DNA from: Dimorphilus gyrociliatus
Taxonomy: Eukaryota; Animalia; Annelida
DNA: 64,000 nt
Reading direction: 5' to 3'
NCBI GenBank assembly: GCA_904063045.1
Contig: CAJFCJ010000006.1
Span: 2,992,408 to 3,056,407, forward strand
Each line of letters begins with the position of its first letter. Within the stretch, counting starts at the first letter, position 1. A program made the position numbers and the translations under genes. A model generated the notes under the pieces. The model worked only from the letters and a program-made list of their open reading frames with translations. It did no database searches and was not told where the DNA came from. Below, in pieces: positions 39,908 to 54,000 of this stretch.

Positions 39908-42900
39908 ATGAAGAATAAGTGTACGCTTTTTTCTCTCTTTTATCTGCTATCACGTTTTCCAGGTTTGTTTTCTCCAGCCGCTCAATGATAAGCTTTCTTT
40001 ATTTTCTTCTCTTATTTCTTTATAAAATACTTTAAATTTATCATATCTCTATCTTTGTGGAAGTTTAATACAGCCACCTGAGTATACATTTCTTTTATTT
40101 TTTTTGCAGTCAAAGACGGCTCTTTTGTTGACAAAATAGATGAAATTCCCGAAGAGCAGAAGCTCTTAAATACTCTTATGAGTAAATACGAAAAGTCGGT
40201 AAGGCCTGTAAGAAATGCTTCGGAGACGGTCACAGTCAAGATGGGCTTAACTTTGGCGCAAATTTTCGATATGGTAAGATACCGATTATTGTTAAATTTT
40301 GTTTGTTTAACATTTTCCTACTACTCGGATTTGTATCGGTTGTATTGGTTCGTAGTCTTTGTCTTCATTCTCTTTCATGTTGTTTCCTTACAATTCGAAA
40401 GCGAGGTTGTGTGGGATAAGACCAGCCGATCGAATAGTCAATTCCATCGCCTTGACCTTGGCTCTAAAGAAGAAATTTTCTTATTTTTTTAATATCTATT
40501 ATTATATTAAAGTTTATGCATTAGGGATGAGCTGTTTATTGACTCTTGGTCGTCATACATCTCCAATTTAGATGGCTTATTACCATCAAATTATTCAGTA
40601 ATTTGATAATAAAAACGTTCATCACGTGACTTGAAAGATTTGTCAAGAGAGCAGGGCGAGGAAAAATAAATACAAATCTGCATTTTGCGCTCGTCGCACA
40701 CAGATTTGTACGGAATAATTAAGAGAATAAAGATTTTAAAGTACATTGACCTTTTCCTGTTGTTTCTATTTGAATGAGCTTGATTGTCTTTTCGACTTCT
40801 TAATCTTCTCTTTCTTCCCTTTTTTGCCCCATTTTTTATATCAATCATTAATCTCTTAAACTTATTTTAGCGAATAGTTTTATAAGCTTATTCATAAGCC
40901 ACGTAAAAAGCTACATATTTAAATATAAATGGAGAGAATAGGATAGAGATTTTCACAATTCTATTTGTCTTCTTCGAAAGTGGAAACATATTGGAAAACC
41001 AAATAGAAAAGTGTAAAAAAAAAATCAATGACAAATTTTGTGCCCCTGCAAACGACAAATCATTTCGTTTGTACATTTAGCTAAACTAAAGATTATTATA
41101 AATAGGAGGGAAAAGGATTAGAAATTAGCTCGTTAAATCTTAGCCCTGGAAAGACCCTTTAAAAGGTTGTAGTTTTGTTTTATTAAATTATCCATTGTAC
41201 TTTGTAAAGAGGATCAATCAAGTGGATTGTTGTTTTGCGGTAGGGAGAGAAAATCCCCCCTGCATCGTTAAATATGCCTTAACGATGAGAAGTTAGAAAT
41301 TCCTTTCCTATTTTTGATACGTAGTAGGCAAACAATTAACAAACTTTTGGGTGCGTGTGAAAATATGAAAACGAAGAGAAAATATAGTGATAGTAGCGAT
41401 TTTTCATTTTCTTAAACACCCTCATTTATTAAGCTTTTCCCGTAGGACGAAAAGAACCAAATCCTTGTGACGAACGTCTGGCTAGATCAAGAATGGCATG
41501 ATAAATTCCTAACTTGGAATCCTGTTGAATTTGGTAATCTGAGCATGATTCGTATCCCATGCCACATGATTTGGAAACCGGATATCGTCCTTTACAATAA
41601 GTATATATAAGCTATAAGCCACAAATGCATAAAAGTCGAGGCGTCTCTTTTTTTGCCCGTCGTCTTATTGATTTTTTTCTTTTCCCCCTCTCTTCCTGTT
41701 CGATTTAGTGCTGCCGAGTATACGAATGGAATGATGCCAGCAAAAGCCATGGTTTCCAGTACAGGAGATGTTTTCTGGCCTGTTCCCACAAAACTATTAA
41801 GCTCCTGTAAATTTGACGTCACTTACTTTCCTTTCGACGATCAAGTAAGGCTAAAAGCTCGTTTACTACTTAACATTTAAAGGGAGAAGGCGGTGTTATT
41901 TAACAGAGAAACTTAAAAGGTGGAGAGATTAAAATACAGAGTATAAGAAAGTAGAAAGTGAAAATATCGTAGCAAGTACGAAAAGACATATACTTATAAA
42001 AAAGCTAGAGGACTTTTTATTAATACTATTCGTACTTAATCGTATCATTTATCATGTATAACTAAGCGGTGACAGGTATTGGAATAACAATAGTGCTGTT
42101 AGGATGATAAACATCTCAATTTAACACCTTATACTATATAATTAATTTTAAGTAGGAAGCTTTTTAAACGCTCATCTTTAGTTTGATTAGCTTCTAATTA
42201 AGGATCTCCAACAATTTAATATTTCTTGAGATATCAAAAGGAAAAAACCTCTTCTCTTCTTCTACTGATTATGCAATTGTACCAGAAAAAAGAGAGACGT
42301 TGTCTTTCACGATATTAAGGTCTATTGTACTCAAAAGTCATTACGGATGAGTACAAACCGTGCAAATGGTAGGTCGACGCCTATTGTACAGCCTACATAA
42401 AGCAAAGACAGAAAAACGAAGTAGGCCTAAGTATTTCTTTTCTCTTTTTTTCCCTTTTTCGTTTAATTTCACCATATTTATCAATTCTTTATCAAAGAAT
42501 TTCTGAAATCCGAAGCTTTATGAGTAGTTTATTTTGACATTTTCTTAAAGCCAATAGAATAAAGAGAATACTGCACGCTTTTCTTATAAAGTCCGATTTC
42601 TTCCGCTATACGTGATAATCGGTTAATGACAAGATGATTAGCTCCCCCTCCAACGAATAAAGACATCTATAAAGGAATCCTACCTAAAAGCTAGGCCTAT
42701 TAGGAAAAAGATAGTAGAAATAGTGGCGCGACTTTATGACATTTGATACTATGAACACAAGCTGTTCGATGCTGTCTTCTCCGATGTTATTTATTTACGC
42801 AAGCTAATTATAAATAACACGATTGTAAAAATAACTTTGGGCGATTTATTCAGGTTTTCTATTAGGGATATTCATCAAGAAGATTTTCCTTTTAGCATCC

Positions 42901-45110
42901 CACTCAAACATAACTACGAAGATGGCAATAATGATAACGACACATTATTTTTTACATTAAGTAGCAACTGTAATAGGCATATCTTGAAGTGATATCGATT
43001 GTCTTTTCTCATTGTTAACCTACTTTTATAAGGAGACTACTAAATAACAATCACGTATTGAATGTAAAAGTGGCTTATATTGTTAATATACATGGTATAT
43101 GTATAAAGCACGTGGCTAAATTAGCATAAAATGATTAATCATAAAATATTAACTTTATATAAATATTCTATAAGAATTATCCTTATGTTCAATCTAGGCC
43201 TATTTGTCGATTGAATTACAAAAGAATTACTGTATATACCTTTTTAAAGCAAAATGTAAGAATTCTATACTTAGGAAATATGGATATAAGATTTCTATAT
43301 ATAGAAAATTGGTTATTAATGAACTATTAAGTCTCTGTCTTTCTATTGCCAAATAACTTTAGTATGCAATCATAAATCTCTATCGAAACAAGATCTTAGC
43401 ATTAATTAGAATAAGAAATGGGCTTCCTTTATTACTTTAGAATGCAATACCATATTCACTATGGAAGACATCCAAAACAATTTTCCTTTAAGATTAATAA
43501 CCTCAAAGCATTGTAATTTGTAAACAAACGCTGAGGCTCATGTTAAATTTTTTGTATAAGTCTTTTCAGATAGTTTGTCAATATTTAAAACGAAAAATAA
43601 CTTACTTTTTGCCCTTTTTATCTACTACTCCATAGAGTTTATATACTGCATATACAGTATGTATAAGTATATATATATATATATGAAGAATAATTCTACA
43701 AGGATAGTAATACCATTTTGTATAAATTAAATACTGTACATAAAAAAAGGTTAGTTTTAGCTAATTAATTGGTTTTTCTTCAAAATATTCACCTCCAATC
43801 ATTTTAAACAAAGACCTTTTATACTTTTTTTTATAGATATGATTTGTCTTAATTGAATTCCAGAAAAATGAAAAAAAAAAACACTGGAATTAGAATAAAT
43901 AAGTCGATAGAGGGCACTGTAGAAATTAGCTGTCTATTGTTTTATCTGTTCTAAAAGAATTGGAAAGTAATGGAACAGAAAATTTAAGTCCACAAGGGTA
44001 AAGACAGTCGTATCAAAATCGTAACCGATAAATAAATCTTGATAATTGTAAAGAAGACCCTCAGGCGTGGAATCTCCTAATTAAATCTATGAGGATTATA
44101 CGATTGCATTCGAAACTAAAAATGGAAGGAATCAATCATTTCGTTCTCTTTTTATTATTTCATCACCTACGGTAGAAAAGCCTTCAACGTAGTTTTTAAC
44201 CTTTTCTCGCTATCCATTAATCAATGTTAATTTAATTTACTTTACTAATTCTTTTCAATTTCTACAGTTCTGTAAGTTAAAATTTGGTAGCTGGACCTAT
44301 GATGGTTTTCAAGTTGACATGATCAATAGAACAACTCAAGTAGATTTATCAAATTATGTAGAATCTGGTGAATGGGAATTGATAGGCATCGAGATAGAAC
44401 GAAACGTTGTTTTCTACGGATGCTGTGACGAACCTTATCCGGACGTGACCTTCCGTATTCACATCCGTAGAAGGACCCTATACTACCTATACAATGTTAT
44501 CTTTCCCTGCATAATGATGTCGACCTTAACCCTGCTCGTCTTCCGTCTTCCGCCCGAATCGGGTGAGAAAGTAACAATGGGTATTACTGTGTTACTCGCC
44601 TTTAGCGTTTTTATGTTGTCAGTGGCTGAGCGTTTGCCCGAAACCTCCGAATTTATACCTCTTTTGAGCGTCTATTTAACGGTGGTTATGGCAATGACAT
44701 CAGTTTCCGTTATAATGACTGTAATCGTGTTGAATTTGCATTATAGAGGGCCGAAACAGCAAGCCGTTCCTCGGTGGCTAAAGAGTCTATTAAGAGTCTC
44801 CGAGTCTAAAAAATTATCGAACGACCGAATTGGCGTAAAGATTGAAAGGAACGGTCTAACTATTCCAGTAGATGGCTTGGCCCGCGAATTAACTGATGAG
44901 CTACCTGAATCAAGACAGGATAGGGTACTAGACGCGCTCAATCGTATTATTGATAGATACGAAAAAGACGAATTTAGAGAAATGATGGAAGACGAATGGA
45001 GGCAAGTAGCCGTATCTGTTGACTGTATACTATTTTGGCTGTTTCTTTTCTTCACACTCTTATCAACTGTCATCATTTTAATCATTGCTCCTCTAAGTAA
45101 GCCTATATGA
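39908..45110 (+). CDS. Nicotinic acetylcholine receptor alpha9/alpha10-like subunit
   Basis: Exons 39908-39962 (signal-peptide-like MKNKCTLFSLFYLL, phase 1), 40110-40273, 41446-41600, 41709-41844, 44268-45110. Motifs Cys-loop SSCKFDVTYFPFDDQFC, SWTYDG, FYGCCDEPYPD, PPESGEKVTMGITVLLAFSVFML. Confidence 0.92.
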
Positions 45111-46620
45111 AGAAATGAAAAGCATATACGTGATTTTCTTATCAAGAGAAGGATATTTACTTATTTATTTGATTACTTCGTTTTCCCTTTTTCAAACTCT
45201 TCCTCTATAGTTAATGTTGTTTTCTACGTTTGTTACGAATATATTTGTTCCAGACAGTTTATTGTCTATAAATATTTACATATATATATACTGTATATAT
45301 ATAGCTATACACGTTTAATACAAATTTATAAAAAATAAAGCTAATTAACTTTACGGTTAAATCTCTCCTCTTCGTTCTATACGTCTATCTATCAGTCTCA
45401 GTCTTATTCTCAACTTCCAATTTAAAAAAGGGAGAAACAAATCTCTATTGGACTATCTTGTTGTCTCAAAGTCTAAAAATATAGGAGAACAGGAAAAATA
45501 AAGAATTCTTTAATTAAAGATAGAGAAGAAAAATCACTTGCTCTTCTAAAATAAGAGAACTAACTAACTAACAAACTAACAACTCTCTAACTGTTAAGAG
45601 ATAAGGAGGAAACGAAATTTGTGATTTAAATAATAATACATAAACAGTACAAGCACTTTTATTCTCTATTGCTACATTGTTTTTTGAAAGCGATATAAAC
45701 TAAATGGGGCTCTTGCTCTCTCTCTTTTAGAGGATTAATTCCTATATTGTTACGTCCCTTATAAAAAGTAATTGTTACAATATATTGACTTTTTAATTAT
45801 AGAATGAAATAATAGGTTTTTAAATCAATATTTCGTCGAATTAAACAACAAAATAACAACTCTTACCATATACTTTTAGACGATTAATCATTTGGTTAAT
45901 ATTTTAATAGAATAAATAACCAGAAAAAAGCAAATATAGGCTTAAAGTTATATATTATAAGTACTAAAGTTTTGTAATTTTTCCTTCTTATTCATTATTA
46001 TGATAAATCTTATGACAGAAGATTATCAGATAAGCTAAATAAAATAAATAATATACTCTAGTAAAATAATATTAGGTTTCTTATATAATATACATTTAGA
46101 TTGTACCTTTAGTCATGAACTCTTAGTTCTGTTATATCCTACTACTCCAAACTACCCTATTGTACAAAGTAACTGACAAGTTTTCCATTTTTTGTCTCTG
46201 TCCTCTCACCATGATATTAATCTTACCATTTTATTCTTTCATCGTTCGTTAGCTAACGTACCAGAGAAGGTTTAAATTTCTAATGGGGGTAATACTAAAA
46301 ATACTTTACCCTGTTTTTTCTATTTTCTGTAATTCTAACTCTAAAAAAGCAATAGCAATTATATGCCAAAATTTTCCATAAAGAAAAACAATAGAACTAT
46401 AACAAATAACAACTTTGCATTTTTTTTTAATAAACAGGAATTTTGTATTAAACAAACTTCGTGAAGAATATTATTTTACATGTATCAGCATTATAGGAAT
46501 AATTGTAGATAGTATATATTAGCAATAGTCATTATTATCTTGTATACAACTGTAAATATATTTGTAAAGACGACAAGAAAATTAAAAAGATTTTAATAAT
46601 TCAATAAAGAATCAGTCTAC

Positions 46621-46750
46621 CTACCTCTCTCTCTGTCTCTGTCTGTCTCTCTCTTTCTCTCTCTCTTTCTCTTTCAATCTCGCTCTCTCGCTACATATAT
46701 ATATATATACTGTATATGTATATATCAAAATATTTATATATACAGTATAT
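46621..46750. repeat. Compound (CT)n/(CTGT)n/(TA)n microsatellite
   Basis: Read directly from the sequence; contains TACTGTA and TACAGTA interruptions. Confidence 0.9.
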
Positions 46751-47810
46751 TGTATTTGCTCAAAGAATTTATCAATGCTGGATATAAACAGTTCATCTAC
46801 ATTATAATGCATACATATTTATGACCACTTGTTGCAAAAAGCCACACGATTAATCACGCACGTCATGATATGATTAGTTTTATTGTTTCTACTATTTCGT
46901 TGATTTCCAACAGCCGATGAAACAAGTGTAATTTCAACAAGATGTCATCAAATTCTTTCTTACCTTTTTCTTCCAATTTTACATTTTCCACCCTTTTCTC
47001 TTCCCCTCTATTCTTCTTCGTCATTCTTCTTTTTATTGATAAAAAATGTGTTTATATTAAATTATATTAGGTACAACAAGATGTACGTTTCAATCAAAAA
47101 TAATTAAGAGCTAAATTAGCTTGATAGTATAGTTTTTTAGGGGAGAAAATGAGAAATAGATTACAAGAGATGAAGGAAAACGCTTATTGACCAGTACAGT
47201 CCCCCGAAGGATTGAAAATAACTAGTATTGCTAAAGGATAACATTTTCAATCAGTAAATAAACTAAAGGGGAAATAGTAATTCTTAAGCTTTTTTCCCTG
47301 CTACTTACATTGTCTATTTGCAGTTTCTTTATTTACCATCAATTTTTTTACGAGGGCATTTTTATAAGAATTTTTATGAACTGCTTATTCATGAACATTC
47401 AATTGCTATTTAGGCATAATCTCCTTCCTTCTAAATGTATTCTTTATTAATTTCTTTATAAAAACAATTTTTTTTTTATATAACAAACAATGGATTAAGT
47501 ATATTGGATTATGAAAAGAATAGGATACAAGATGAAATATTGTTCTTGGTTCTTTCATGATAAAAAAAAACCCATTCCCGTCTCTGTCGTTGTCCGCCCC
47601 CAACCATCCTGTTTTTCTACTTTGATATTTTTCACTCTCTTAATAGCAATTTAGTTATAAACTATTTTCAACGACTCTACCTTTACCGTTTTTCATCACC
47701 ATAAAAAACGATGCGACCGACTGACAAACGCAATTACTTTCGGCGCTTCGCTTATACAGAAAATAAAGGCCTATGTTGACGGATTAAACCAGATGTAGGC
47801 GTATATCAAG

Positions 47811-47982
47811 ATGGAGAGAAACTGCGGCGACAAACTCGACAGTTTGGTGTCGCTTCGAACACGTACATACGCCGGCGTCATTTTGAGGTTAGCTTAGTAC
47901 GAACAAGGTACGTGTTTTTCTCTATATTTATATATATGTACAGTATATATACTATATATATATACTATATATACTATATATA

Positions 47983-48019
<37 letters not shown>

Positions 48020-51014
48020 AGACAGTATATATACTATTTATATATATACAGTATACATTCATTTATACATCCATATTATTATTATATCTTTATGTTGTCG
48101 TTCTAAACTAATTAAAAAAACAACAGTTTCTTAAGGCTTTATATTTTAAAACAAACTTTTTTTTGGGAATATAAACTAGTGGCGAAAATATTGTGAATAT
48201 AAAAACTGAGTTATTAGGATATTAAATGCATATGGAACGTATAAAAGAGTAATCGATGATACACGACATCTCTTTGTTAATGAAAGTCAAGCAATATATA
48301 TATCTATATTTCTCTATTTATATATATATATATATATAGTTCAACCATTCTTTTGTACTTTGTAAGATTGTAACAACTTCCATAAGAAGAAAATAGTAAA
48401 AAAAGAAAGATGGTAATTGTTTGGTAATGAAAAAAAAGTTTTTTTCTTCTAATTCTATTATACCACATAATCCTTTTAGAAATTTATTCTCAATAGTTAC
48501 CCTTCCCTTTAATTACATCTATATTGTTTACTAAATCAAGCAGACTCGCTAATTTGTATACACATCAGTAAACAAATCATACGTAAGTTTTTCCCTCTCC
48601 TATTATAGTTCTATCCATCTGTATCCTTCAATCTGTTTGTCACTTTCTCTCTCTCTCTCTCTCTCTTCTTTTTTAGTTTACAGCTTCTTCATCACCCTTT
48701 AAATCTATATACCTCCACCCACACTGTTTTTTCTTTCTTATGTTATAAAGTATATCATCCATCATAGTTCTCAGTTTGTATTTAATCAATTAATAAAAGT
48801 CGGTAATACACTCTCTTTTAGAAGCGTCTTTAATGCGTAAGCTTATATGCAAGCTAGTGATTTCTTATGTGTTTAATCTATTAAGGATGTACAGGTAGAA
48901 GTATTTTAACTAGAATGCTATAAATGTTTTATGTATGAAAAAGATAAAAAAAATATCGCAGGGTTATCTCGTGCACGTACGATATACGCACTAATTCAAC
49001 CTTCTTTTTACCTGCCTCATCATTCTACTTAATGTTTGCTGTTAGAATTAGGCGTTGATAGTTACTACGAGTGCGAAAGAGAATATTATTATTTAAATGA
49101 TAATTGTTTTTATTACTGTTCTAATTTGAATTAGTGAATATATTAAATAGAAAAGATGGTATATTTAGTGTTAATGTACATTGATTGTAGAGACAAGAAT
49201 GAAAAAAAAATTATATTTTTCTTTTATCACTGGTACTCTTCATAGAATATTCTATCAAAACAGTTAATATCCATAATTTATCATCTGTTGCTTATACTTT
49301 TGTAATTTTTTTCCAACTAGAAATATATAACAAAGTTATAGCCTTCTTTCTATAGTTTTAATCTAATCGCCTATCTTTATCAATCATCTTCTTTTTCCTC
49401 GTTTTTCGTCCTCTCCTCTCTTCTCATCAAATTTTCTCCTTTGCTTCTTATTGAATATGATGATATTTGGCAGAACGTATCTATCTGTCGGACATCTGAT
49501 AATATCAAATAGTAATAAAGGAAACAAGTTTATTTTCTGTCTGGAACAATCTTAAAAGACAATATCATCTTTCAAGTCGATATAGAATGTACTGCTTTTA
49601 TGAAGCTAAAATAGACTTAGTAGCAATTTTTTTCACCTATTTTTTTTCAGGTGTAAATCAATGAAGCAAAAAAAAATAGACGTAAACAATTCTTTCTGTT
49701 AAAAGAGGCGGAGCGATCACTTTCCCAATTCCGCTTGACCTCCTCTCCTATTAATCAATTAAGCTTTTATTAAAGAAAAACGCTTACGTATATGTGTTAA
49801 AGTGATAATTTTAGCATATAATTTTTCTTCTTTAGTGAGTCTTATACAGTATATCATTAATTCGTGTTCTAAAATACTTTTTATGTAGGTTTTATTACTG
49901 TCTTTGTTGAATTGGGCCTATTTCCACTTAATTTCGTATTCGTTAAACGGAACGAGTGTAAAAAATTTTGTCGTTTGCTGTAGGTCGAGACGTGGGTAGA
50001 ATGGTAAAACACTCATTGACAATAATAACAAAAAAAAGGCGTGTAAAATGGTTTTATTTTGTATAAGTAAAAAAAAAAGGAAGAGAGAGAGAGTAAGAAA
50101 GAAAAAAAAAGCATTTTCAAACCACGCACAACGTGATCGAATAGAAATGAAATATTTCCACATAAACAACATAGAGGGAGAAAGAATATAAAAAGAATAA
50201 ATACGTTCGAAAGTTCGATAGTCGCGAATCGAAATTAGTTGGAACCTTACATACTCTTTTTTTTGTTTTCTCTGTAAGAGCACTAAAAGGTAAGGCTTAT
50301 AGATTTTTTCTCTTTGTGCCTTTTCTCCAATCCATATCACCCCCTCCCCTCCCTCTCTCTCTTCTCGTTCTCTCACTTTCTTTCTTTCTTTCTTTCTCTT
50401 TTACTCTCTCCTCTTTACTTTCTTTCTTTCTCTCCGGCTCACTCGTACTGATATTTTTTTCCATTATAACGTTCTATTCCTCTTCTCTTTTCACTTTCTT
50501 TTCTGCTACCGCCCACAATCATTTCCTCTTTTCGTATCGTAAGTCAAGATACATGCGTGTATATGTATATACGTGTAAATACAAAATATACGGAAGAGAG
50601 TATATTATGAAATCTATCAGTATATATACTGTATACTATAAGTATAGTCTCACTTTCTGCCATTCTTTCCACCTCTTCTAACTTTTCATCTAGTTTTTTA
50701 CACTATTCCAAAGGTCAATTAGAGAGAGTTAGCAAGATAAACTAAGTGAGACAAGACAGTTAGGAAGAGGGCAAAGAGAGGAGATAGAGAATAAGAATAT
50801 AAAACAATACAGGATGAGACTGTTTACGTACCATGGGAAAGAATATTTCTTATCATCAATAATTTCATATTGGAGTGCGTTTATATTCGATCGATTCCCG
50901 GAAATTTCTATAACTAGTTTAGTCAGGCCCAAAAAAATTCCATTTTGCATATCACGCCAAGTATATGCATATCTATAAAACATTTCAATATTTGATTAGT
51001 ATATATATATATTA

Positions 51015-51051
<37 letters not shown>

Positions 51052-54000
51052 ATATAGATATATATTAATGTATATAGATGGGTAAAATTAATGGATTTTA
51101 AAAAAATATGTATTTTCCTGTTTCTCATATCTCATCTATTTATTCTTTCGCTTCTTCTCTTTTATGATATAACATTTGGTGTTCTGTTAACATGATAAAC
51201 CTTAAAAGCTGCTGACTTATCCGCTTGTTTAAAAGGAAGAGAGTAAAAAAAAATACGAAAAGCTGGAAGGAAAGAAAATGGTAAGGGATAAATGACAAGA
51301 GTCGTGATGAAGGTTAAAAGAATACGAGTAACAGATGGAATAAATAAGCCCATGAGAGGGTAGAGAGAAAACTACAGATTTTTAATTTTCAATCACTCAC
51401 TGTCCCTTAAGCGGATTTTGTAATTATCCTTATTCTTTTTATTTGCATGAAAAGCGGAATTTATAGACGGACTAGAATTTAAATCACTTTTCACAAACAC
51501 ATCCAATATTATAGATTAGATATTTTTCAATATTCCTATATAAACATAATCAAATTTATATAAATATTTAATTATACACGTTACTATGAATACAATACAT
51601 ACAACTTAGCTTAATGTTTATAGAAATATGGATGTAAACAAGCCAATAAAAAAATTTAAATAGGATTTGTTTGTTTATTTTAAAACTTTTAACAAACTAC
51701 TTAAATGATTTTTCTTTCATTTTTAATATAATTATTATGTACTTTTACTTATTCCTATTATTCTTCTCCTTTTAAAAGCATTTATCAATATCTTGTCAAA
51801 ATGGCAAAGTAGTTTCTTACTTTAATTCTTCAATATGCAATTATTATAGACTTTTTAATAGCAAAGAGAATTTTTTAGCTAATCTTGTTGTTATATAAGT
51901 CAAAAGAACATTATTTTGAAAGATAGTACGCTATAAATGAATCTATAAATATATATATATATATACTGTATATACTGTTTTGTGCCAAATTGATTCTATT
52001 AATTTAACGACAACTAATCTTCTCTTTTTTTTCCCTTATTTCTTTAAAACAATTGCGTTTTTATTCTAAAATTTTACTTATTAGGTTAAATATTATAGAG
52101 TTTTGTTTGTTTGTCAAGTTCTGTTTCTATGATGTAGTTTTTTTTGTGTTATGAAATTTCCATCCTAAAATGTTATTACTATTATTATTATTATTATTTT
52201 AAGCTAACACAGCTTGCTTTTAGTCATTTACATTAGCTATACTATTTCAAATAACATCTTTTCTCTAACAATTAGGAAGCTATCATTTTTACCATCGTAG
52301 GTGGCGCCCTTTTAAAGCGGATTCGGGATGACTGTTTTGACGTCTCTTTAGTGGATAAGACTAAAAGGTCAGATGGTCTCGCTTAAAGTAATATAAAGAA
52401 ATCGACTTTAATAAATTTCGAGTTTAAATTGGGCACTTTCTACGTCCATTAGCAAATAGATAGCGATGACTGGGCCATCTATTGGGAAAATTAAAAAAGA
52501 GAGACAAATCTTTTATCAATTTTCTTATGATGTCACATTTAGAATACAGCTAATTAATGACTAGACTAAGACAGCAGGAATATGTATTTGTCATTCACCT
52601 TAATGATTGTATAATCAAACTACATTTGTATATAAATAGAACCCATTATGTTTAAGTATTTGCTTATCTTAAACAATTCTTTCTATCCGACAGGGGACGC
52701 TTACGGGGAATCATGCAATCGACAAATAGATTTATGGGTTCAGCAGGTAGCGGTATTCGACCTTTTGGACATTCAACAGCCGAGCTACGTATGCTGTTAG
52801 AAAATAGAACAGAAGAGCTCGATCGAACAAGACGTTTACTTAGTGAGAAGGAAAAGGAAATCGAAAGATTGGAGAATGAAGTTCAAAAGCTGCTCTCTGT
52901 ATTGCGCGAGACAAACAATGTAGAGATTGAACCGATCCTTAGAGGTGGTCAGAAACGGAGAGCCAAATTTGCCGTTTCGGGCGAAACATGGACGGCTAGT
53001 AATGCAGCTAATGTCGCCTTTGAATTAGTTCATCACAGAAAAGATTTCGGGTTAGATATTTAATATTTATTCTTTACTCTTTAATATGGTATAATTATAA
53101 TATCTTTTTTTTCATTATCTTCTCAAAAGCTCAAAGCAGTTAATAAAAGATGCAGTTTTGTGCAACGATTTCCTCAAGAATCTCGAAACGTCGCAAGTGC
53201 TGGAGGTGGTTGAATGCATGTACGAAAGGAAAATTAAACGCAACGACTACATTTGTAAGCAAGGAGAACCTGGGAATGCTCTTTACGTTCTCGCACAAGG
53301 TTGTATGGAGGTGATACAAGACGGTAGAAGACTTGGTTTGATCAAACCTGGTAGGGTGTTTGGTGAATTGGCTATATTATATAATTGTTCGAGAACGGCG
53401 TCTATCCAAGCTCTCGAAGATGGGAAATTATGGGCCTTGGATAGAACGGTTTTCAAAACGATTATGATGAAATCTGGTCTTGAGAGGCAAGATAAATACA
53501 TGAAATATCTAGAAAAGGTGGAAGTTCTCGAAAAACTCAGCAAAGAGCAGTTGGCTAAGATAGCCGATGTGATAGAAGAAGAACGCTATTACGATGGAGA
53601 GTATATAATAAGAGAAGGAGAAAAAGGCGACACCTTCTTCATAATTAACGAAGGCGAAGTAAGAATCGAAAAGAGGACAGAAAATGGAATCATGGAATTA
53701 AATAGGCTAGGAGCTGGCAAGTACTTTGGGGAGAAAGCCCTTCTAAGTGAAGACTATAGGACGGCGTCAGTTGTAGCTGTTACGACAGTTCTCTGTTTAA
53801 CAGTCGAAAGAAATGCATTTTGTCAATTAATTGGCGACTTAAACGAATTAAGAGAAGAACTAACAAACAGGAAATATGATATGCGACCCCAGAAAAAGTA
53901 ATAATGATAATCTAGTACTTTATTTAATTTTCACGCGATAATTAGTCTTTTTTTCACTTTATGCAGAGTTAGCACCAGCTCGACTGGTTCTGTATCTCCA

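Larger units (their letters stand above)
32390..40630. promoter_or_regulatory. Cluster of RTCACGTGAC E-boxes across the nAChR genes
   Basis: TCACGTGA at 32391, 35127, 35909, 36704 and 40622, all with R before and C after; TCACGTGG at 33747. Confidence 0.55.

Noticed and set aside
38340-44741. Antisense ORFs overlapping exons (for example 38315, 38340, 44741; also 53283 and 59634 elsewhere)
   Set aside because: Shadow ORFs on the opposite strand of well-supported coding exons.
49450-49512. ATGATGA ... CTGA resembling a C/D box snoRNA
   Set aside because: The C-to-D distance is only about 45 nt, the terminal stem is weak and no antisense guide is recognisable.
46621-50681. ORFs at 46621, 47912, 49918 and 50316
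   Set aside because: They are translations of (CT)n/(GA)n/(TA)n microsatellites.
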